This document shows, in pieces, positions 57,333 through 64,000 of a stretch of DNA of 64,000 bases. The notes below the pieces were generated by a model. The model did no database searches. It was given only the letters and a program-made list of their open reading frames with translations, and was not told the DNA's origin. How positions within the stretch are numbered: the stretch's first letter is position 1; the number at the start of each line of letters is the position of its first letter. Origin of the DNA: Alphaproteobacteria bacterium (GTDB lineage: Bacteria > Pseudomonadota > Alphaproteobacteria > SP197); assembly GCA_965228895.1 (NCBI GenBank), contig OZ245842.1:1504001-1568000 (forward strand). The letters are read 5' to 3'. Position numbers and translations under genes: made by a program.

Positions 57333-59123
57333 TCAAGGCGATTTCGGCGCGTAAGCTCTCGCCAGGGCGGTGAGCAGGGGTATCGCATCGTCTATATCGC
57401 GACAGACCTGGGCGCCGGCGGCCTCCAGCTCAGCGGCCACATCGACCGGCAGGCTGGTGTTGGAGCCCGACGGAATCTGGTTGAGGCGGCCGCCGACCAG
57501 CACCGGCACGTCCACGCCGAGCTCCGCCAATTCGCCGACCAACGATTCGACAAATCCAAGGGCGACGCCGTTATAGGTGCTGATGCACACGAGATCGGCA
57601 CCGCTAGACGCGGCCATTTCGGCGAGATCGTCCGGGTCGACGGATATGCCGCCGTCCTCCACCGTGACCGCCAGACCCTGCATGACCGTATCCAGCACGG
57701 ACTTGCCGTGCTCGTGCACATCGGTGGTTGCGGTGAGCACCGTCAGCTTAGCAGCGGCGATCGTGGCGCGCTGGCTATCGTCGATACGGGCCAATCGGCT
57801 TTCGGCCATGCGGGCAATCTCCTTATGGACGGGTGAGGCGACTCGGGGACGGAAACCCGCCGGCGCGTCGGAGTCCGGCTCACCATCGCCGAACAAGCGC
57901 TCCAGCCGCCTGGCACCGAGCCGGCGCAACACCAGCAGCATCTCCAACACATCGCCGGTGTCGATGCCGGCTTCGGTCAGGCCGGCGAGCGTGCGATCGC
58001 GGAAGGCGACCGCGCCGGTGCATAGCTGTTCGGTGTCGGCCTCTACCGCTGCTAGATCGACGGGCGGCAGCCGGTCTGCGGTCAGGTCGATCAATCGGTC
58101 GGCGAACAACTGGGCATCGACGATCTCGTCGATATCGGGAATACGCTCGTGTTCGGAAACCGGGACCGGGTTGATCGCATGGCCGGATGGGCGCATGCGC
58201 TGGCCGGCGATGTCGATCTCCAGATAGGCGGCCAGACTGGCATAGTTGGCGGCCGGGCTGCCGCGATAGCTCGTTGTGTTGCCGTAAACCATGGTGCCGG
58301 GACCGTCGCTCATCTCGGCAAGAGCCAACAGGAAGGCAAGCCGCCCGCCCCCTTCGCCGAAGTGATGGCCATAACAGTGGGCCATTCGGGCGCCAACCAG
58401 GGCATCGACGATATGACGCTCCAACAGCGCAAAGCCGAGAGCTGAGGTGAGGTCCGAAAACGATGCGGCAAAGCCGTCATCAAGGTTGGAGTGGACGAGG
58501 ACCGGCACCGGTTGCGCCGCCATCAAGCCGAGCGCGCGGATCGTCGACGCCGCGGACGTAACATCGTCGTCCCAGTTTGGCAGACGGAAGGTGAACCACT
58601 GACCCAGATTGCCGATCGCGGTCGAGCCTGCGGCAAGTGCCCACTTCGTGTTGTCGAAAGCGCCCGGAAAGCCCAGCACGAAGTCGCCAAAGTGTGGCGC
58701 GACCGGCGCCATCTGGGTCAATGCCGCGAAGGACTCTGGCCCGTCCAGCATGACGCCTGTGCCGCGCGGTCCTTTGCGCCGAAGGTCAAGGGGATAGCCC
58801 ATGGCCCAATCCAGGCACAGGCCGTAGCGGTCGACGGTGACTCCCTGTTCGCCGCAGAGGTCATAGACATCGTGATAGGCGCGACGGTTCTTGTCGGGGT
58901 CGCGAAAGCCGATCTGGGCGTGGCGCATGATGCGTCCGTCGGCGATAGCCGCCGACTTGTAGTCGGCCTCCGAATTGACGTCATGCTCGATAAGAAAAGG
59001 GCAAGACCCGACAGTCCAGTCTCTGGCTGCGGCCGCGCCTTCGTCCAGCGAATCCGCGCCCGACGGCAGATCCAATTCGGGCAACAGCCTCTTGCGGTTG
59101 AGCGGCTCGCGGGTCTCTGTCAT
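57333..59123 (-). CDS. Uncharacterised cobalamin-dependent mutase-like protein (barrel-sized N-domain plus B12-binding domain)
   Basis: C-terminal DVHEHG (DxHxxG), ISTYNG and VLVGG; N-domain ends in PVSEHERIP, like mutase barrel ends; no CxxxCxxC. Confidence 0.75.
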   Translation of the reverse strand: MTETREPLNRKRLLPELDLPSGADSLDEGAAAARDWTVGSCPFLIEHDVNSEADYKSAAIADGRIMRHAQIGFRDPDKNRRAYHDVYDLCGEQGVTVDRYGLCLDWAMGYPLDLRRKGPRGTGVMLDGPESFAALTQMAPVAPHFGDFVLGFPGAFDNTKWALAAGSTAIGNLGQWFTFRLPNWDDDVTSAASTIRALGLMAAQPVPVLVHSNLDDGFAASFSDLTSALGFALLERHIVDALVGARMAHCYGHHFGEGGGRLAFLLALAEMSDGPGTMVYGNTTSYRGSPAANYASLAAYLEIDIAGQRMRPSGHAINPVPVSEHERIPDIDEIVDAQLFADRLIDLTADRLPPVDLAAVEADTEQLCTGAVAFRDRTLAGLTEAGIDTGDVLEMLLVLRRLGARRLERLFGDGEPDSDAPAGFRPRVASPVHKEIARMAESRLARIDDSQRATIAAAKLTVLTATTDVHEHGKSVLDTVMQGLAVTVEDGGISVDPDDLAEMAASSGADLVCISTYNGVALGFVESLVGELAELGVDVPVLVGGRLNQIPSGSNTSLPVDVAAELEAAGAQVCRDIDDAIPLLTALARAYAPKSP

Positions 59124-59179
59124 GACGCAGCCATACTAGCGCCATGGGCAACGCCCTGGCGATCAGGTAAACTGAGACC

Positions 59180-59713
59180 ATGTTCCGCGACCGCACGTTA
59201 ATGCCCGCCGAGGCTCTTCGCCTGGCTGCGCTCGGTATTCTGGGCGAACACGGCCACATGAGCTATGCGGCGCTTGCCACCGAGGTGCGGCTGTTCACGG
59301 CGAGTTTCGGTGGGTCGCCGGTTGATGTCATGTCGTCATCGATTGAGCTGTTGCGTTTCGAGGGGCTGATCGCGGTCAAGGACGAGGCCGATGATCCCGG
59401 CGACGTCGTGGTCGAACTGACCGACGGCGGTCGCGCGATGATCGGTGAACTGCTCCAGGCCACGATCAGGCCGGGAAACGCCTATTCGAAGCTGCTGACC
59501 GCGCTCAAAATGCGTTTCCTGCACATGCTGCCGCCCGATCAACAGGCCGAGCAGATCGAGATGCTGACCGAAGCGCGCCGCGCCGAATTGGCGCGTCTGG
59601 TCGACCTGCGCGGCAAACTGGCCGACGGCCATCCCGGTTTCCTCACCTGGCTCGACCACGAAATCGGCCGCATCGAAACCGACCTTTCCTGGCTCAGCGG
59701 TCTGAGCAGTTAG
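59180..59713 (+). CDS. Putative PadR-like winged-helix protein
   Basis: LRLAALGIL, MSY..L, L..EGLI, ELTDGGR wing, helical C-domain. Confidence 0.6.
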   Translation: MFRDRTLMPAEALRLAALGILGEHGHMSYAALATEVRLFTASFGGSPVDVMSSSIELLRFEGLIAVKDEADDPGDVVVELTDGGRAMIGELLQATIRPGNAYSKLLTALKMRFLHMLPPDQQAEQIEMLTEARRAELARLVDLRGKLADGHPGFLTWLDHEIGRIETDLSWLSGLSS

Positions 59714-59851
59714 GCTGCCGGCGACGTCGCGCATTCGGCTCTGATTGTGACATGACGCAGTTGGTGATATGTGTCCGCAAAACTTGGCGTGGACATCGTG
59801 GGTATCATTGACGTTGGCGCCGGATCGAGGCGGCAATCGGGTGCGCAGGTC

Positions 59852-60001
59852 ATGTCGTTTATTGTCGAGCTGTTTCAGTTCATGCGGGCGCGTAAGAAGC
59901 TCTGGATGGCGCCACTGCTGATCGTGATGCTGCTGTTGGGCGGCCTTATCGTCCTGACCAAGGGCAGCGCTATCGCGCCTTTCATCTACACCATTTTCTA
60001 A
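59852..60001 (+). CDS. DUF5989 family small membrane protein (49 aa)
   Basis: FMRARKKLWMAP...GSAIAPFIYTIF signature. Confidence 0.88.
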   Translation: MSFIVELFQFMRARKKLWMAPLLIVMLLLGGLIVLTKGSAIAPFIYTIF

Positions 60002-60013
60002 GACCCAAGGGTC

Positions 60014-61138
60014 TCAGTTTTCGGCAAAGACGCGGGCGAACGTGGCGCTTTCCCGGATCGCGTCGGCCAGAATGCTGTGGCCGGTGGCGTTCCAGTGGTT
60101 GTTGAACGGAAACTCGAACCGCTCGCCGGTCTCGTCATGGTGGGCAATGAAGAGCGGCTGCAGGTTGATGACCTCGAAACCCTGGCTTGCCGCCTGGGTC
60201 CACAGGAAGGTCATCATCTGCGCGGCAAAACTGTCCTGTGCGGCGGCCAGCCGTTCGGGGTCGTAGAGTTCCGGGCGCAGACCGTCGAGCGTGATAAGGA
60301 TCTGCTCGGGCCTCAACCCGCTCTCGATCGGCAACAGCTTTAGGAACTGATCGACGGCCAGGTAGGACCGCGCCAGCCGTTCCTCGCTCGCTTCGGCCGC
60401 CGTGTTGCCGGCGTAGAGCGCGTCGTCCTCATCCGTCGCGGTCGTGCGTTGCGCCAGCATTTGGGGCAAAGCGCCGACTTGGAGATTTCGGTAGAGGTAG
60501 GCGACCAGCGCCGATTGACGCAGGGCTTGGCGCACCAGACTCTCGGTGGGGCGCGGCGTCGGTGTCAGGACCAGCGCGCCGTCGCCGTCCTCGGTGAAGA
60601 ACGTCATGCCCCGCTGGCCTGGTTGCAGGTCGTCGGGCATCAGGCTTTCGTCGAAGTCGTTGCCGACGACGTTCACCACCAGCATGTCCGGTCCAAAGGT
60701 CTGGCCGACATAGCGCGACCATACGAGATACTGGCTAAGCGGCGCGTAGGCGGCGCCGAAACCGTAGACACGCATGTCGTCGCCCAACGCCGCTGATAGC
60801 CGGCCCTGGGCCGTTTCGGACCAATCGACCTGTATAGCTTCAATATAGCTGTCGCCGATGATCGCCAGCAGCGGCAGTGGACTATCGGCCTCGTAGTCAA
60901 TGTCGCTTAGGAAGCCGACGTTGTTGACGTGGCGCTGACGGGCGTTCTTGAAATCCCAGTCTTGGGAGTACGAGAAATCACGGTCGGGGACGAAGCGGTA
61001 GACACTGCCGTCCTCGTTCATCGGCGCGACCACGAGGCCCTCGTTATAGGGCATGAAGCGCAAGACGATTTCAGCCAAAACCAGCGGTACCGCGAAACCG
61101 ATGGCGATGGTGATCAAGGTGAGGGCGAGTTTACGCAC
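60014..61138 (-). CDS. SGNH/GDSL-fold protein (AlgX/AlgJ-like)
   Basis: N-terminal TM; IGDSY, GNDF, HWNATGH. Confidence 0.8.
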   Translation of the reverse strand: MRKLALTLITIAIGFAVPLVLAEIVLRFMPYNEGLVVAPMNEDGSVYRFVPDRDFSYSQDWDFKNARQRHVNNVGFLSDIDYEADSPLPLLAIIGDSYIEAIQVDWSETAQGRLSAALGDDMRVYGFGAAYAPLSQYLVWSRYVGQTFGPDMLVVNVVGNDFDESLMPDDLQPGQRGMTFFTEDGDGALVLTPTPRPTESLVRQALRQSALVAYLYRNLQVGALPQMLAQRTTATDEDDALYAGNTAAEASEERLARSYLAVDQFLKLLPIESGLRPEQILITLDGLRPELYDPERLAAAQDSFAAQMMTFLWTQAASQGFEVINLQPLFIAHHDETGERFEFPFNNHWNATGHSILADAIRESATFARVFAEN

Positions 61139-61159
61139 GGACGCTGTTCCGGTTGAACG

Positions 61160-61423
61160 TCAGGCCGGCGGTTCAGCCAAAAGGTTGCGCGCGCGGTCCA
61201 GATCGACGGACGACATGGTGGCGGCGACGGCGTCGCGCTCCTGGCTGGCCTTGGTCGCTTGTTGATGGGCTGCGCGCGAGAGCCAGACATAGGCGCTGAC
61301 CGGATCGGCCTCGACGATCTCGCCCCGGGCATAGAGCCGCCCCAGCCTGAGTTGCGCGCTCGCATCGCCGTTCATGGCCTTCTGCCGGGTCGTCGTCAGC
61401 ACCATCATTTGCTTCTTGTTCAC
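61160..61423 (-). CDS. Small SEL1-repeat protein
   Basis: GDASAQLRLGRLYARG..VEAD.VSAYVWL. Confidence 0.75.
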   Translation of the reverse strand: MNKKQMMVLTTTRQKAMNGDASAQLRLGRLYARGEIVEADPVSAYVWLSRAAHQQATKASQERDAVAATMSSVDLDRARNLLAEPPA

Positions 61424-61554
61424 GATCTCGTCCCCGTTTTTGCCGGAACCAGCATAGTCTGCACCTATGCGCTTGCTCGTCAAAATTGCTTTGCCTTGGC
61501 TTCGGGCCGGGGACAGACTTTGCCCCTGTTTCGCGACTTCGGGGAGGGCAAACC

Positions 61555-62955
61555 ATGCTTCGCAACGTTGATTTCGACACCAAGGACCTGTGGGAGAAAG
61601 ACCGCGATCACGTGATCCATCCGTGGACCGACTTTTCCCAGTGGCAGGAAAAGGGCTCGGAGGTCATGGCCCAGGCCGAGGGCGTCTATGTCTTCGACAC
61701 CGAGGGCAACCGGTTCATCGACGGTATCGGCGGGCTGTGGTGCGTCAACATCGGCTATGGCCGCGAGGAGATGGCTGATGCGGTGGCCGAGCAGATCCGC
61801 ATGATCCCCTATTATTCACCGTTCCATCATCTGACCACGCCGCCAGCGGCCCTTCTGGCCGACAAGCTCGCCGAACTGACGCCCGGTACGCTGAACCACA
61901 CGTTTTTCGGCACCGGGGGTTCGATGGCCAACGACACGGCGATTCGCTTCGTCCACTACTACTGGAACATGAAGGGCGAGCCCAAACGCAAGAAGATCAT
62001 CAGCCGGGTCGATGCCTATCATGGCTCGACCTATCTGGCGGCCGCGCTGACCGGCATCGCTGCCGACCGCATCTGTTTCGACCAGGCCGACGAGCTGATG
62101 GAGCACGTGTCCTGCCCCTATCCCTATCGCCGGCCAGAGGGGATGAGCGAGGCAGACTTCTGCGATCATCTGATTGATGAGCTGAAGGAACGCATCGAGA
62201 CGGTCGGGGCCGAGAACATCGCGGCGTTTATCGCCGAACCGATCATGGGCGCGGGCGGTGTCGTCGTGCCGCCCGAGGGCTACCACAAGCGGACCCTCGA
62301 CCTCTGCCACGAGTACGACATCCTCTATATCTCTGACGAGGTGGTGACGGCGTTCGGCCGTCTGGGGCACTTCTTCGCGTCGGAGGATGTCTTCGGCATC
62401 ACGCCCGACATCATTACCTCGGCCAAGGGCATTTCATCCGGCTATCAGCCGCTCTCGGCGACCATCATCAACGAGAAGATGTACGACGTCCTCTCCAAGC
62501 CACAGGAGGAGGGTGCGCTCTTCACCCATGGCTTCACCTATTCCGGCCATCCCGTGTGCTGCGCGGCGGGCCTGAAGAACATCGAGATCATGGAGAACGA
62601 GGACATTCCCGGCCACGTGCGCAAGGTCGGCCCGTACTTCGAGAAGAAGCTGGCGGAGCTCAATGATCTGCCGTTGGTTGGCGAGGTGCGCGGCAAGTGC
62701 TTCATGATGTGCATCGAAAACGTCGCCAACAAAGAGACCAAGGAGTTGCTGCCGCCTGAAGTCGACGTTGGTCATCGGATTGCCGATCATGCGCAAAAGC
62801 GCGGGCTGATCGTGCGGCCGCTGGGCCACCTCAACGTCATGTCGCCGCCGCTGATCCTGACCGAACCCCAGATCGACGAGTTCGCGTCCGTGCTGCGCCA
62901 GGCGATCGAGGCGACCCAGGACGACCTGGTGCGCGAAGGTATCTGGAACGGCTGA
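61555..62955 (+). CDS. Class III PLP aminotransferase (omega-amino acid / polyamine type)
   Basis: HPWT, DGIGGLWC, AYHGST, AEPIMGAGG, DEVVTAFGR, AKGISSGY, HGFTYSGHP. Confidence 0.92.
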   Translation: MLRNVDFDTKDLWEKDRDHVIHPWTDFSQWQEKGSEVMAQAEGVYVFDTEGNRFIDGIGGLWCVNIGYGREEMADAVAEQIRMIPYYSPFHHLTTPPAALLADKLAELTPGTLNHTFFGTGGSMANDTAIRFVHYYWNMKGEPKRKKIISRVDAYHGSTYLAAALTGIAADRICFDQADELMEHVSCPYPYRRPEGMSEADFCDHLIDELKERIETVGAENIAAFIAEPIMGAGGVVVPPEGYHKRTLDLCHEYDILYISDEVVTAFGRLGHFFASEDVFGITPDIITSAKGISSGYQPLSATIINEKMYDVLSKPQEEGALFTHGFTYSGHPVCCAAGLKNIEIMENEDIPGHVRKVGPYFEKKLAELNDLPLVGEVRGKCFMMCIENVANKETKELLPPEVDVGHRIADHAQKRGLIVRPLGHLNVMSPPLILTEPQIDEFASVLRQAIEATQDDLVREGIWNG

Positions 62956-62998
62956 GCCGATTTCCATCGGGTACGGGAACACCGACGAGGTGTGCCGC

Positions 62999-64000
62999 GT
63001 GAGCGGTGGCCGGCCTTGGCCCGCCGCCGCCGCGCGATTTTGTCGCACGGTCGTCGCAGCGTGGCTCGTCGCCCTGGCGATGTCGCTCGCTGCGAGCCCG
63101 TCCCAGGCGCAAGACAACGAAGCGTGGGCCGCGTTGATCCTGGAAGGCCGCAGCGCCCTCGAAGCCGGTGATCCCGCGTTGGCGCTCGAGCTCTTCGAAC
63201 AAGCTGAGCCGGCGGCCCAGACGCCCGACGATCAAATCGTTTCTCTGACATCGCTTGGCCTTGCCCATGCCGCGCTCGGCAACTTGGACGCCGCGGCCCG
63301 GTTCCACGGGCGCAGCCTTGACCTGCGTGAAGCCGAGTACCCGCCGCCATCGACCGCCGTCGCAACCGGCTTGCGTAATCTCGCGCAGGTGCGCCACCGC
63401 CAGGCCCGATTGGCCGAGACCGCGACCTTGCTGAACCGGGTCCTCACGATCTTGAACGAGATTGCGCCGGGCACGCCGGAGGTCACGGATGTCGAGAGCG
63501 ATCTGGCGGCGGTCTACGTCAACATGGGACGCTATAGAGATGCCGAGGCGCTCTACGAGGCCGTCCTGCCCGCCGTCGAGCATGGGTCACCAGCCAGGCA
63601 TCTGGCGGCGCTGAGTGGACTGGCGGCGGTGAAGGCCGCGTTGGGCGAGGCCGAAACGGCTTCGGCCCTCTATCGCCAGGCGTTGGATATCGCGGGCGCT
63701 GCCTTTGGCGCCGACCATCCGACCATGGCCAGCCTGATGAACGGGCTCGGCGAGGTCTATCGCGCCGAGAACAGAGCGGCGGAAGCCCGCGATCTCTATC
63801 AAGCGGCCATCGACGTTCGTGCCGCCGCGCTGGGGCCTGAGCATCCGGCGTTGGGCCCGCTCTACAACAATCTCGGCCTGGCCTTGCTTGATATGGGCGA
63901 CCTCGAAGGCGCGAGCGAGGCGCTTCAGACCGCGCGCGACATCACCGAAGGCGCGTTGGGTCCCAGCCACCCTTCGGTTGCGACGGTATTGGCCAACCAG
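62999..64000 (+). CDS. Exported tetratricopeptide-repeat protein (3' truncated; absent from the supplied ORF track)
   Basis: Open frame to the window end; signal peptide ..SPSQA; repeats GADHPTMASLMNGLGEVY, GPEHPALGPLYNNLG, GPSHPSVA. Confidence 0.85.
   Translation, partial: MSGGRPWPAAAARFCRTVVAAWLVALAMSLAASPSQAQDNEAWAALILEGRSALEAGDPALALELFEQAEPAAQTPDDQIVSLTSLGLAHAALGNLDAAARFHGRSLDLREAEYPPPSTAVATGLRNLAQVRHRQARLAETATLLNRVLTILNEIAPGTPEVTDVESDLAAVYVNMGRYRDAEALYEAVLPAVEHGSPARHLAALSGLAAVKAALGEAETASALYRQALDIAGAAFGADHPTMASLMNGLGEVYRAENRAAEARDLYQAAIDVRAAALGPEHPALGPLYNNLGLALLDMGDLEGASEALQTARDITEGALGPSHPSVATVLANQ

Noticed and set aside
57333-59123. Ethylmalonyl-CoA mutase (ecm) or methylmalonyl-CoA mutase, suggested by the position next to ccr
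   Set aside because: None of the conserved MCM-family barrel motifs is present; only the B12-binding domain is shared.
59124-59179. Cobalamin riboswitch upstream of the B12 enzyme
   Set aside because: Only 56 bp are available and no B12-box is visible.
63232-63970. Minus-strand ORFs at the window end
   Set aside because: They are shadows of the plus-strand TPR gene, which the track missed because it has no stop in the window.

Overview
High-GC chromosomal segment of an alphaproteobacterium, probably Rhodospirillales-like (inferred from the groESL/usg arrangement with CIRCE, GANTC-rich promoters and gene repertoire). It is densely coding, with about 62 genes and no rRNA, tRNA, CRISPR, integrase or transposase visible. 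Ordinary content: groES/groEL with CIRCE and an RpoH-type promoter, usg, a potDBCA-type polyamine ABC transporter, paaG, tartrate dehydrogenase, cardiolipin synthase, ccmG/tlpA/ccdA, ATL and AlkA alkylation repair, an ABC-F ATPase, several aminotransferases and a type I secretion machine split by a CHASE2 cyclase. The most unusual block is at 54.8-59.7 kb: an uncharacterised fused B12-dependent mutase-like protein (not Ecm or MCM), a non-canonical crotonyl-CoA carboxylase/reductase and a small acyl-CoA dehydrogenase. Together they could be an ethylmalonyl-CoA-pathway-like module built from non-orthologous enzymes. Other candidates: a five-hairpin sRNA with a CCUCCUCC loop near usg, a secreted DUF62 protein with rewritten active-site motifs, an ASCH-phosphatase fusion, a DMFase-like heterodimer with a kinase, and a twin AACC-N8-GGTT operator beside an ABATE/CGNR regulator. 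All family calls come from motif recognition by eye and memory of the families; no database search was run. Several starts were moved from the ORF track to the codon I judged most plausible.
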